Part shown: positions 11,987-24,772 of the stretch, piece after piece
Position numbering within the stretch: position 1 is the stretch's first letter
How the letters are laid out: the number at the start of each line of letters is the position of its first letter
NCBI RefSeq assembly: GCF_006345805.1
Contig: NC_043002.1
Location: forward strand, 107,260,001 to 107,324,000
Reading direction: 5' to 3'
Source: Octopus sinensis
Taxonomy: Eukaryota
DNA: 64,000 bases
Made by a program: the position numbers and the translations under genes
Notes under the pieces: model-generated
What the model saw: only the letters and a program-made list of their open reading frames with translations
What the model was told of the DNA's origin: nothing
Databases searched by the model: none

Positions 11987-12284
11987 GAATGAAATATTGA
12001 ATACTGACAAAAGAAAAATTAGGAAAATGACAAAAAAAATGTTAGTTTAGTTCCAAATGACTGAGTCATTTTGATAGATTTCAATGGATTTGTTTACTTG
12101 AATATTTGAACTCCATTGTTGGCATTTTGCTTGCAAAATGTACCAAAAGAGTGTTTACATGGGTTATATGGAAAATAATTGTTCATCATATTAGTTCATT
12201 TGTGGTACTGTGTGGTAAACCTCTCTGCATGTGCGTGTGTATCTGTATCGTATTTTGGAGAACTCTTTGGCCTCCAGTGTTCTC

Positions 12285-12507
12285 TCTCTCTCTTTTACTT
12301 GTTTCAGTCATTTGACTGCGGCCATGCTGGAGCACCGCCTTTAGTCGAGCAAATCGACTCCGGGACTTATTCTTTGTAAGCCCAGTACTTATTCTATCGG
12401 TCTCTTTTGCCGAACCGCTAAGTGACGGGGACGTAAACACACCAGCATCGGTTGTCAAGCAATGCTGGGGGGACAAACACAGACACACAAACACATACAC
12501 ACACACT

Positions 12508-12562
<55 letters not shown>

Positions 12563-12724
12563 ACAAGGCTTCTTTCAGTTTCCGTCTACCAAATCCACTC
12601 ACAAGGCATTGGTCGGCCCGGGGCTATAGCAGAAGACACTTGCCCAAGATGCCACGCAGTGGGACTGAACCCGGAACCATGTGGTTGGTAAGCAAGCTAC
12701 TTACCACACAGCCACTCCTGCGCT
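12285..12724 (-). mobile_element. tRNA/CORE-type SINE (family B, tail 1)
   Basis: Full-length, close to consensus. Confidence 0.9.
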
Positions 12725-13554
12725 TGTAGCATTTTATAGAAAAATATTTCTATATTTTAACCTCTGGACATAAACAAAGTAACTTCTTTATCCAATAAAT
12801 GAAACAATTGTCAACATCTAATATTTACTATCTGGCTTTGCCTTTTAAATATTTGTACCCTCGATTTACATATACCCTACTGTAAAGAAAAAGGACTGAT
12901 TCATTTTTCTATTTGTGTCACAGCCTGTTTTCCATACTGGCACTGGTTGGATGGAGATACTTATGAGGGACTGCTACAGGATGTAATGTTCACATGCATG
13001 TAATAGCAGCACCATTGGGTCTTTACTCGGGATGTGTACTACAAAGAGTTGAACTGTAAACAGCCTTTACACACACACACACACACACACACTGAAAGAA
13101 ACCACTTGTTTGTGTGTGTGTGCATGCGTGTGTGTTTTGATATCACTTGATGTTTGTAAATGAGTGTTACCATCATACAAGCTATCACATTTCCATTCTT
13201 CCATAAAAACATGTCTGGCTATGGGGAAATATTGCCTTATTTGAAACGGGTGAGAGTTTGGTGGTAGGACAGAAGGGTCATGTGGCCATAGATAAACCAG
13301 CCTCAATGAATTCCTGTGTGATGCAAGCAAACATGGAAAAGTGAACATTAAAAAAAAATACAAAATCAAAGCTTCTGATATGTTGGTGTGTTTGTGTCTG
13401 TGTAAATGTTTACATTCATTCTGCATCCTCATGAAAAGGACTGAGCCTCCCCCCCCACCAAAAAGGGTGACGTATGTTGATATTCCCTACTAAGAAAATA
13501 CCCTTGAGTTCTGCACTTTCAAAATGAGTGGAATAAAAAAATATTCATTACTAT

Positions 13555-13717
13555 AGGTGCAGGAGTGGCTGTGTGGTAAGTAGCTTGCTTACCAACCACA
13601 TGATTCTGGGTTCAGTCCCACTGCGTTGCAACTTGGGCAAGTGTCTTCTACTATAGCCTCGGACCGATCAAAGCCTTGTGAGGGGATTTGGTAGACGGAA
13701 ACTGAAAGAAGCCCATC

Positions 13718-13763
<46 letters not shown>

Positions 13764-13965
13764 ATATGTTTGTCCCCTCAACATCGCTTGACAACTGATG
13801 CTGGTGTGTTTATGTCCCTGTAACTTAGCGATTTGGCAAGAGACTGATAGAATAAGTACTAGGCTTGCAAGGAATAAGTCCTGGGGTCAATTTGCTTGAC
13901 TAAAGGTGGTGCTCCAGCATGGCCTCAGTCAAATGACTGAAACAAGTAAAAGAGAGTAAAAGAGA
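13555..13965 (+). mobile_element. tRNA/CORE-type SINE (family B, tail 1)
   Basis: GGTGCAGGAGTGGCTGTGTGG...GGGTTCAGTCCC head and GAAACAAGTAAAAGAG tail. Confidence 0.9.
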
Positions 13966-14899
13966 CTTGAAAAACGGCTAAGGGTTAACAACAGGAAGGG
14001 TATCTGGCTGTAAAACAAAACCCCAATGTCTATTCATGGCATGGCAAAACAAACATAAAAGGACTGATTGAATGAATGAATATATGTCTATATCAATTTG
14101 GTGTACCAAAACTGGTTGCCAAACAAAATTAAGTTGCAGTATTTAGATAAGGCCAAGCTATCTCACTTTACATCACGTATGACTTTGCCTTTCACTTGTA
14201 GTGTTATCAATAAAAATAATTCCCAGATAAAGTATTGGGGTAATGATATTCCTTAAAACCCTTCAACTCAGCCCGGATGCTGTTTATATAATCCTATTGG
14301 GTTACATAACAGTGAACAAAATAGCAGTGAAAATACCCTAACACTAAAAACTATGGGGTAGTTTTCAGCTTTGGAATAGATTTTCAAAATAGGAAATAAT
14401 AGGCAGGGTTCCATGGCACATGCTTGGCTTTGTGTAAGTGTGTAAGCAGGCCAGCAGGCACAAATGTGTATACAGACACATGCGGACATATCCAGTGTCA
14501 GTTCTGATCCAGGGCGCTCCACCCATAACTGTCCCATTTATATGTTTCAGTTGTATTATATTCAAATATATTGCATGTTAATTAAAATGATGTTTGTTTT
14601 TGCCAGACTTCTATGGATGGATTTCATGACAAAATGTAGGGATAGATGAAAAATGTAACTGTTATTTCTAGCATTTTGGGTGACAGAAGTATCAGCACAT
14701 GTATGATTTTTCTGTTAGTTGCTATTATTGTTTAGCCCTAGGTCTGCTCTGATCCAGCAGACCTGTCATAAAAAGTATTCCATCCACAACCATTCCTTTC
14801 TTCTTAACCTTTCAAGCAATGTAACCCAGACAACATTGTCCACTTGTCGTAATAATCGTTTTGATGACTTTTCTATGTTCACATGGGTTCAATACAATT

Positions 14900-15140
14900 T
14901 CTTGAGGCAGATTTTCTACAGCTGGATGCTCTTCCTGTAGCCAACACTCATCTGTTTACAAACCAAGTAATATTCCCTTTTGGACAGACATGTTTTCATG
15001 GAAGATTGGAAACAAAGGTCACTGCTTGCATGACATGTGATGTCAGACCAAGGAGATAATAACACACACCCAAAGACCCATACATATATATATGATAAGT
15101 TTCTTTCAGTTTCCATGAACCAAATCCACTTGCAAGGCTT
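14900..15140 (-). mobile_element. Family B SINE variant with RTE-like tail 2
   Basis: Head remnant at about 15090-15140 and tail-2 remnant at about 14900-15050. Confidence 0.55.
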
Positions 15141-15227
15141 CAACAGAATGAGTGGTTAAATATATTCACCTCTCATACCTCCTGATAGTTTATGATCTCC
15201 CCCCCCTTCTCTCTCTATATATATATA

Positions 15228-15622
15228 TCTTTATATATAAAAGTGAAATTGTGTGTCTGTCTCCTACGATTTAGATTCCTAACTACTCCCACATTTTGCG
15301 GTGCAGTGTAACCAAAAGCGGGTATCTGATAGTCGTGATTCATATCAAGCCCTTCTGGGTATTAGCACGCATCTACGATGAGTCTATGATTTTAAAAAAA
15401 ATTTATCATTTTTTCCCATTTTTAATGCATTTTTTTGCTATTATATAAGGGAAGTAACTCTCTAAAAATGTATTATTAAATCTCAGAACGTAAAAAGCTA
15501 CAGTAACACCCCCCCCCCTTTGTGGTTAGCCATATTGAGATGGCTATTATACTTTACATCTCTAAAAATGCTTATATAGTTATTTCCCTTACAAACCCGA
15601 GCAACGCCAGGCGATACTGCTA

Positions 15623-15623
<1 letters not shown>
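15228..15623 (+). mobile_element. Non-autonomous Helitron
   Basis: A|TC...hairpin...CTAG|T. Homologous to 9971-10371. Confidence 0.85.
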
Positions 15624-15679
<56 letters not shown>

Positions 15680-15864
15680 CCATAACGCTTCATTTTTAAA
15701 TTCTTGATAGATGTATGGGAAATATTGTCATCCTGTGATATATGTTCTTTTTATAATTGATCTTTTTTGGGATGTTCAGTGGCAACACTTGGTTTAAAGA
15801 TAAGCCTGTACTTATGGTTAAATATTCTTAAAATAAGTGATATTCATTTTGTTTTTGTGGTGTT

Positions 15865-16175
15865 ATTGGTGGCACGTAAAAAGCACCATCCATTCGTGGC
15901 CGTTGCCAGCCTCACCTGGCTCCCGTGCCGGTGGCACGTAAAAAGCACCATCCGATCGTAGCCGTTTGCCAGCCTTGTCTGGCACCTGTGCCGGTGGCAC
16001 GTAAAAAGCACCCACTACACTCACGGAGTGGTTGGCATTAGGAAGGGCATCCAGCTGTAGAAACATTGCTAGATCAGACTGGGCCTGGTGCAGCCTTCTG
16101 GCTTCCCAGACCCCAGTTGAACCGTCCAACCCATGCCAGCATGGAAAGCGGACGCTAAACGATGATGATGGTGAT
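15865..16175 (+). mobile_element. RTE 3' UTR copy (family A)
   Basis: Minisatellite units plus (GAT)n tail. Confidence 0.9.
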
Positions 16176-16189
16176 TGATACTGCCAATC

Positions 16190-16500
16190 ATCATCATCAT
16201 CATCATTTAGCGTCTGCTTTCATGCTAGCATGGGTTGGATAATTTGACTGAGAACTGGCAAACCAGATGGCTGCACCAGGCTCTAATCTGATTTGGCAGA
16301 GTTTCTACAGCTGGATGCCCTTCCTAATGCCAACCACTCTGAGAGTGCAGTGTAGGGCCAGTTCAGCAGCACTGGCAACGACGTCACTTGAATGTTTTCG
16401 CACGTGCCAGTAAGGCGACGCTAGTAGTGATCACGCTTGAATGTTGCTTTAAACGTGCCACTGGCACGGAAGCCAGTCAGCTGCTCTGGCAACGATCGCT
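16190..16500 (-). mobile_element. RTE 3' UTR copy (family A), tail-to-tail with the previous copy
   Basis: (CAT)n plus TTTAGCGTCTGCTTTCATGCTAGCATGGG. Confidence 0.85.
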
Positions 16501-17049
16501 AAAGTTTTCATGGTGAGAGTTACATCCTTTAAAAGAGTAACAAAATTCTCTTTTTCACCATATATTGTTTGAAGCTGACATGAAATAAATGAAGTGAATT
16601 AGAATGAGCAGTACTTGTGGAAATTCCACGGCCCATTTTGTGGCACATGCCAGTCAGATTTTTTTCCCAGTTAGTAATATCCTGTCATTTCCTTTATAAT
16701 TCTTTGATTAATTTCTAGGAAATTTTCTCTGTTCTCTTCAGTCATTTTTTCTCTTCTAGCCTGTTTTGTTTTTTTTTTATCTTGGCTTGTATCCTGTCAT
16801 CAACGTTCATATTTTATCTTCTTTTTTATTAACAGTACTCATTCTAACCCTAATAGCTTCAGCTTCCTTGTTCATCATATGATACTTTCAACATACGCAT
16901 TCACACACATACAAACACTAATCGCATGCACACGTATATGCATACTGCACACTTTCTCTCTCACACCCACACAGCTAATTGTTTATTTGTGCGTGTGCAT
17001 GCCAATAGCATATGTATGTGTGTGCACATAACAATAGTGTTAATTCAAA

Positions 17050-17090
<41 letters not shown>

Positions 17091-17410
17091 TACACTTTAA
17101 TCATCCTCTTTCCACAGCATAACATATTTTTTACACCACAGGAGTCTATTGTTTGCACTTTAATATAATACATATTATTTATCATTATACTTTGTCTCTA
17201 AAATAAGTAACTCACCAGGAGAAATTCTCCAGTATAATATTTGATACATGATCTCTCATCAGAGCCAGACAAACTGAATGTCAACTCATCTGACTACAAC
17301 AAGGTTTTGGTTAATCTAACACCATCAAGTGCTGAGTAAAATGACTGTGGACTTGTCAGTTTTTCAGTGAATCCGTACTGTCTTTTTTTCTTTCCTGTGT
17401 AACATCCCAC

Positions 17411-17486
<76 letters not shown>

Positions 17487-17487
<1 letters not shown>

Positions 17488-17886
17488 TCGCAGTATCACC
17501 CGGCGTTGCTCGGGTTTGTAAGGGAAATAACTATATAAGCATTTTTAGAGAGTTATAGCCAAAAAATAGCAAAAAAATGCATTAAAAATGGAAAAAAAAA
17601 TTATGATAAATTTTTTTTTAAATCGTTGACTCATCGTAGACATTTTTAGAAAGTTACTTCCCTTATATAATAGCGAAAAAAATGCATTAAAATGGAAAAA
17701 AATTATGGTAAATTTTTTTTTAAATCATAGACTCATCGTAGACGCGCGCTAATACCCAGAAGGGCTCGATATGAATCACGACTATAAGATACCCGGTTTT
17801 GGTTAAACTGCACCGCAAAATGTGGGAGTAGTTAGGAATCTAAATCGTAGGAGACAGACACACAACCTCTCTTTTATATGTAAAGA
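17487..17886 (-). mobile_element. Non-autonomous Helitron with internal duplication; 3' CTAG mutated to CGAG
   Basis: Reverse complement of the other three copies, with a duplicated block of about 100 bp. Confidence 0.85.
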
Positions 17887-17904
17887 TATATATATATATA
17901 TATA

Positions 17905-18123
17905 GTTAATCCAAACATGAAAACACAAGGAGAAAACACAACAACGCGAGGACGTAGAACAAATATAGTGTTATTGTTATTGGACGCTCAAGAAAGGAAA
18001 GAAAGAAGGAGGATTTAATGTTTCGAGCGGAGCTCTTCATTAGAAACATAGAAAGAGGAAAGATCCAAGGAAGGGAAGACGGAGGAAAAAAATTGCCTAC
18101 GATACACACGCGGTCACATATTG
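17905..18123 (-). mobile_element. Penelope-like repeat remnant with a degenerate dimer-type hammerhead (18014-18047)
   Basis: Minus strand: GTTT-CTAATGA-A-GAGC tcc GCTC-GAAA-CATT-AAA, versus expected CTGATGA and GAAACGTT. Stem II is perfect. Confidence 0.55.
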
Positions 18124-18379
18124 AATGACTGGAAGGGAATGGATGAAGAAAAACTTTTTTCAAAGACAGGAGAGTGTAAGAGAAGGAGGTATGAGTGTGT
18201 ATGTGTGGGTATGTGCATGCGCACAGGTCTGTGTGTGCATGTGTGTGTGTGGGGGGTGGTTGTGGCTGTTAATCTGTGTGTGTGGTATGGCTTAGTATCC
18301 TTTAAGGTCATAGTGGCTCCTGTTGTGTCTTTCCCTACCCATGTGCATAGGAGAATGGTCAGCAGAAGGTATGAGTAGT

Positions 18380-18747
18380 TTGAAGTATGTGTATGTGCAT
18401 GTATGTATATGTAGTGTGTTTTGTTTGCAGTGTGTGTTTGTATATGTATGTATGTGTGTGGGGAATAACTGTGCTTTACTTTGTGTATGTGTGCGTGTAT
18501 GCTTGTATGTGCGTATGTGTGTATACATGTATGTATAATTGTGTGCGTGTATGTATGTGTGCTGTGGGTATGGGAGGTATGTGTGGCTTCATTTGCATGC
18601 GCGTGCATGTGTGTATGTGCGTGTGTGTGTATGTGCATGCATGTAGTTGTGTGTGCATGTATGTGTGCGTGTGTATGTGTGTGTGCATGTGTGTGCTTAT
18701 ATGCATATGTGCGTGTGTGTTTGTGCCCATGTGTGTATAATTGTGTG

Positions 18748-18782
<35 letters not shown>

Positions 18783-19016
18783 TATGTCTGTATGTATGTA
18801 TATATATATAGGTATGTCTGTATGTATGTATATATATATAGGTATGTATGTATGTACATATATATAGGTATGTAGTATATATATATATATATATATATAT
18901 CTAATATATATAGAGGTATGTATGTATATATATATATATATAGGTATGTATGTATATATATAGGTATGTATGTATATAGAGATATATTATATATATATAT
19001 ATAGTATATAGGTATG

Positions 19017-19062
<46 letters not shown>

Positions 19063-19067
19063 TATAG

Positions 19068-19113
<46 letters not shown>

Positions 19114-19130
19114 TAGGAGTAAACACATAA
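18380..19130. repeat. Compound (TG)n/(TATG)n/(TA)n microsatellite
   Basis: Direct inspection. Confidence 0.95.
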
Positions 19131-19189
19131 ATATATATAATAAGGTGGATATAATAAGAGTACTCATATATACCAGTGGTGTAGAGTAT

Positions 19190-19370
19190 ATGCTATATTA
19201 TTTATAGGCAGCAGAATAATTCAATATATAAATATGTATATCTGAGTATTCTGTGCCGTTATATATATATAGTATATATAATATATAGCTGATGAACGGC
19301 ATACGAGATATACTCAGAGTATATAGGATATTGTTGTAATTTTATGCTGTATTAAAATAAAGTATATATA
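19190..19370 (+). repeat. Noisy fold-back with a hammerhead-like core in the right arm (19289-19325)
   Basis: CTGAGTATTCTGTGCCGTT pairs with AACGGCATACGAGATATACTCAG. Core reads CTGATGA...GAGA-TATACT cag AGTATA-T-A. Confidence 0.5.
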
Positions 19371-19388
19371 TATATATATATAGGTATG

Positions 19389-19427
<39 letters not shown>

Positions 19428-19559
19428 GGTATGTATGTATAGAGATTTAGCTATGTATTTATATGTATATATATATAGGTATGTATATATATATGTATAG
19501 AGATATAGCTATGTATTTATATATATATATGTGTGTGTGTGTGTAACCGACAGTTCTCC

Positions 19560-19905
19560 AAATTTCTGGCCTTGTGGCTGTGCTAGATACATGTCACTAC
19601 ATTCTGAGTTCAAATTTCCCTGAGGCTGGCTTTACCTTTCATCCTTTCAGGATTGATAAATTAAGTACCAGACATGCACTGGGGGTCAGTTTAATTGACT
19701 ATCCCCCTCCCCACATATTCCAGGACTTGTTCCTATAGTAAATAGGATTGTTATTATTATTATTATTATTATTAGTTCCCCTGGGGTTGACTTTCCCTCT
19801 CATCCTTTTGCAGTTGATCAAATAGGTGTCAGTCAAACACTGGGGTCAATATAATCCACTTTGTCCCTCCCCTAAAATTGCTGGCCCAATGCCAATATTT
19901 GAAAC
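19560..19905 (+). mobile_element. Two degenerate family D SINE copies
   Basis: CCTTTCATCCTTT...AAGTACCAG and ACTGGGGTCAAT motifs. Confidence 0.65.
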
Positions 19906-20602
19906 CTTTATTATTATTGTTTTTGTTGTTGTTATCATCATTATATTTGCTGCTGCTGATACTACTATTACTACTACTACAGTTCAGATATGTCATAGAA
20001 AATATGTTCCCATGGCTTAGCTCTTCCCCAAACTGAAATTAAAAATCCCCCATTTCGATGGGAAAACTTAAGAGAAGTTGATAGCAACAACAATATTCTT
20101 GGTAATGTTTAGCCGTTTACACAGTGAATCAAGAGCTCTCTTAATTATAATTGTAATCATGGGAATATTAAATATTTGAGGATATTAGATGTATTTCAGT
20201 GGCAGATAATCATTAGCAAAGACAATTAGATGCCATTTATAGCCATGGGAAAAAGATTCAACAGTGACAATCCGCCAGATATTTTGCTAGTTTCACTAAT
20301 AGCTATTTAGCATGACCTATGGTTTATGTTTGTATTTCTAATTAGCATTGTTTAATTACATTTTTACTTGTCATTGATTACTAGTAAACTGCTGTAGCTT
20401 GAGAATGTTTCCACGAAAGTCACAAGGGAAAAGTTGAAGGCCCTTGCTTGAGGCCATACCTATGTATCAACTCTCCACAGATATTTATTTCTTGTTTATA
20501 TTTGTCTTTTGTCTGTTTTCTGACATAAGCTGTTGGAGATGATTAATTTATTAATGAACTGAAGATAAAAATCTATGTTAAAGCCTATATTGAATAAATA
20601 TA

Positions 20603-20667
<65 letters not shown>

Positions 20668-20801
20668 GGAAAAAAACCGTTCAAAGATAACAATTCAAAC
20701 TTTTTGGAGAGAGCTAAAAAGTGAGAAAGAATGATTTCTAATAAAGTTTCATCAAATTCATAAAAAAACACCCAGAGCAAGTAATAAGAATAAGAAAATA
20801 G

Positions 20802-21071
20802 TAGTCGAAAAACATTGTTACAGGTATGAAAATATCATAAACAATTATAGAAAAATAGAGGTGAAAAAGATGTGGAATCAAAATTAGATTTAATACAAAA
20901 TAGGATTCAATACATACGCCTGTTTCAAAGGATGATACAAATACGTAAGAAATACGCATATGTATTGAATCCTATTTTGTATTAAATCTAATTTTGATTC
21001 AACATCTTTTTCTCCTCCATTTTTCTATAATTGTTTTTGGTATTTTATACCTATAATGATATTTTTCAACT

Positions 21072-21072
<1 letters not shown>
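20802..21072. repeat. Fold-back inverted repeat, arms about 120 bp, 22-nt spacer
   Basis: GAATCAAAATTAGATTTAATACAAAATAGGATTCAATACATA pairs with its reverse complement. Both arms end in GAAA(C/T)-N4-(G/A)TA. Confidence 0.9.
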
Positions 21073-21131
<59 letters not shown>

Positions 21132-21489
21132 TGTTCCAGTCGTTAGACTGTTGCCATGCTGGGGCACCAACTTGACGAATTCTAGTTGAATGAATTGACC
21201 TCAGTACTTAAAGCCAGGTACTTATTCTATCGGTCTCTTTTGCTGAGATGCTAAGTTACAGGAATATAAACAAATCAACACTGCTTCTTACCACACAGCC
21301 ACATCTGTACCTCTGTGTGTGTGTGTGTGTGACTGATATTCAATTAACTATAGAAAAATTAAAATTAATAAAGCTGATGTTTAGTTGACTAAATTTTATA
21401 GGCAGCTGACTTTCATTTATCCTTTACTTGCTTTGGTCATTAGACTGTGGCCAAGCTGGGGCACAGCTTTGAAGGGTTTTAATTGATCA

Positions 21490-21694
21490 GAGGCTTTCTC
21501 CGTCTGGGTTGCAGATCCGTGGAATAAGCTGCCGGACGAGATAGTGAAGATGCTGACGACCGCTCGGTTCAAAGTCTCCCTCGACCACAAATGGCCTGAA
21601 CTCCTTGCATGAACACCACCCTGTACATAACTCCATGTCCCTCTACATGACCTTGCTTTTTGCTTTTTGAGCCAAAATATTAACTAACTAACTA
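21490..21694 (+). mobile_element. CR1-clade LINE 3' end nested in a SINE tail
   Basis: AFSVWVADPWNKLPDEIVKMLTTARFKVSLDHKWPELLA*, a typical CR1 C-terminus, with an (AACT)n tail. Confidence 0.8.
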
Positions 21695-21929
21695 AATCAA
21701 CCTCAGTACTTGTTTCTAAAGTCTGGTACTTATTCTGTCTGTCACTTTTGCTGAACTGCTAAATTCCAGGGATGTAAACAAAACAACACCAGCTGTAATT
21801 ATATTTACTGTGTAAACCCCAGAATATACTAGAAAAAAGCAACATAAAGAATGAAACATACATCATCAACAATTTATTTACCTAAATCATTGGTAATGCA
21901 TCTTCATTCTTTGTTTTTTTATATGTATA

Positions 21930-22440
21930 TATCATCATCATCATCATTTAATGTCCACTATCCATGCTGACATGAGTTGGATGATTGACAAGAACTGGTG
22001 AACTGGTATATATATCATCATTGTTTAGTGTCCATTTATCATGCTGGCATGGGTTGGGCGGTTTGACTGGGAACTGGCAAGACAATATGCTGCACCAGGC
22101 TTCAATCTGGTCTAGCAATGTTTCTACAGCTGGATGCCCTTCCAAATGCCAACCACTCCAAGAGTGTAGTGGGTGCTTTTTACATGCCACCAGCACGAGA
22201 GCCAGTCAGGCGGCACTGGCACTGACCATGTTCGAATGGTGCTTTTTTCATGCCACTGGCATAGGAGCCAGTGGAAGGAGGGTGGGATAGGGAAGACTGG
22301 CATCGACCACATTTGGATGGCGCTTTTTACGTGCCATCGGCACGGGGAGCCAGTTAGGCGGCACTGGCATTGACCCACGCTTGAATAGTGCTTATTACAA
22401 CTACAATTTCGGCCACAACTACAATTTCCATTTTGATTTT
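21930..22440 (-). mobile_element. RTE 3' UTR copy (family A)
   Basis: Tail, minisatellite and CTACAATTTCCATTTTGATTT motifs. Confidence 0.85.
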
Positions 22441-22878
22441 GATATATACTAGACTACCAGTGACCTGTTTGGTCACCAATAGTTCAAGGTACCTGAAAAA
22501 AACCATGTATCTTAGGATCCCATGGTCCGATTTATGCAAAACTTGTTTTATTCCACTTGTATTCACATCTCAATGCTGCCTCACTTTCAGGGTATTTTCC
22601 TATTATGTGCCAATTTGGCTATTTATAAAGGTGTTCACAGTAAAAGGCAATAACTCCAGGTTTCACTGCTCAAATTCATGGAAGCAAACCTCCAAAAAAT
22701 ATGTTTCTCAGGAATCTGTGGTCAGATTTATGTGAAACTTGTTTTATTCCGTTTGTCTTCACATTTTAGGGGTATCTTACTTTGAGCATATTTTCCCATT
22801 ATGCACCAGTTTGGCTGTATTAAATTACAGACAAGTATGCGTGCAAGCAAGAACACAAGCAATCACAGAGTTTTAGTA

Positions 22879-22911
<33 letters not shown>

Positions 22912-22915
<4 letters not shown>

Positions 22916-23065
22916 CATCATCATCATCATTTAACGCCTGCTTTCCATGCTGGCATGAGTTAGACAGTTTAACTGGAACAGGTAAGCTGGAGAGCTGCAC
23001 CAGGTTCCAGTCTGATTTGGCATGGTTTTTACAGCTGGATGCCCTCCCTAATGCCAACCACTCCT
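22912..23065 (-). mobile_element. Short RTE 3' UTR copy (family A)
   Basis: (CAT)n through CCTAATGCCAACCACTCC. Confidence 0.8.
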
Positions 23066-23374
23066 TCCCTAACACACAAACACACATATCTATCTATTTT
23101 TAAGAGACTGATGGAGTAAATGGCAGGCTTAAAAATGTAATGTACTGGGATCAAATCATTCAACTAAAATTTCTTCACAATGGTGCCCCAGCATGGCCAC
23201 AGTCTAATGGCTGAAACAAGTAAAAGGTAAAAGATATATAACTATCTATTCACTTGATTATATATATATATATATTTTGTGAGGGGGTGATAATGCAGTC
23301 TTGTAATCTACTTAGGAGGAAGAGGCAGTGTGGTCATGACTGGAATGCCTTTGATCATAGATCTGTTTGATCAG

Positions 23375-23720
23375 ATTTGGCCTGGGGCTAAACAACCACC
23401 ACAGCACCATTATTATGATTATGATTACTATCACCAAAACAACTATGACCACCACTACTACCACCACCACCACTGCCACGAACATTGATATGGTTATCAT
23501 TATTGCCATCATAACAATGAAAACGACCACCACTACCACTACCACCACCACCACCTCTACAATCCTTAATATGAATACCATACTGAACCCACCACCACCA
23601 CCACTACCACCAATACTATGACTACCATGATAAATTAATTACCAGAGTGAACTGTAATTCTTTCCCACATCCATGTAATCAGTCACCGCCACCACCACCA
23701 TTGTCGTCACTTCCAAACCA
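23375..23720. repeat. Cryptically simple (ACC/ACT/ATC)n trinucleotide region
   Basis: Direct inspection. Confidence 0.8.
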
Positions 23721-24189
23721 TTTAACTCTTGTCTTTGAAAACTGTAGCCATCTTTGCCCATATTTATTCCCTCCTCTCTCTTTCCCTCTCTCTTTCCCTC
23801 TCTCTCCTCCTCATTCAACCCATTTCCCACTGCTTATACTCAGAAATCTTCCCTCTTCCTTCTTCTTGTCCTCTTCATCCACCACCACCACCACCACCAT
23901 CACATCAAGACTTAATGTGGAAACAAGATTAATAATGGACCCAACATTGTAGAATACTGATCTGCAAGAAATAGCAGTTAAATCTTCCTCATATCAGATC
24001 CATCATGAGACTGAGAAAATGACATGGATAAATGTGGCCCAAGATTAGACAGTATCTGAATAAAACAAGGGGAAAGAGAACAGCTTTGATCACAGACCAA
24101 CTGGATCAAAACTGACCTGTGGCTAAACAATGAAACTTAAGAAACTTAGAAATCAAAGATGAATTTTAATTAATCTTTGATTTTCTTCA

Positions 24190-24688
24190 TCATCATCATC
24201 ATCTTCATTATATTATCATCATCATCATTGTTTAGCGTCCGTTTTCCATGCTGGCATGGGTTGGACGGTTTGACTGGGGACTGGTAAGCCAGGAGGCTGC
24301 ACCAGGCTCCAATCTGATCTGGCAAGGTTTCTACAGTCGGATGCCCTTCCTAACACCAACCACTCTGATACTGTATTGGGTACTTTTTACGTGCAACCAG
24401 CACAGTGGGTGTGTGGAGGGAGAGACCGGCATCGACCATGTTCAGATAGTGCTTTTTAAGTGCCACTGGCACGGGGAGCTAGTCAGGTGGATCTGGCAAT
24501 GACCCACGCTTGAATGGTGTCACAACTATAATTTCCATTTTGATTTTGAATTTTGATCTTACTTGACTCAACAGGTCTTCTCAAGTGCAGCGTATCCACC
24601 TGATGATTCAAGGGTACTTTTGAATGGGGTGGTTATGCGACACTGGTATAGGCTATGGCTGTGAGCTCACTTTACTTGCCGGGTCTTC
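24190..24688 (-). mobile_element. RTE 3' UTR copy reaching the end of the LINE ORF
   Basis: Minus strand begins AAG ACC CGG CAA GTA AAG TGA (KTRQVK*) and shares CTTGAGAAGACCTGTTGAGTCAAGTAA with about 41335-41361. Confidence 0.85.
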
Positions 24689-24772
24689 ATTGCATTTATT
24701 TTGTTGATTTATTTTTCTCTCTATTCATGTCTGCCCATGTGACTAACATTGTGCGTACTTATGTGTATGTAT

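Noticed and set aside
12078-14635. Exon candidates 12078-12214, 12924-12982 and 14607-14635
   Set aside because: Open and phase-joinable, but the frame is ambiguous, splice sites are partly weak, and 12924 resembles a decayed RTE tail. Not supportable without RNA data.
24600-24630. CTGATGA followed by a hairpin (also CTGATGA at 28725)
   Set aside because: No downstream GAAA core.
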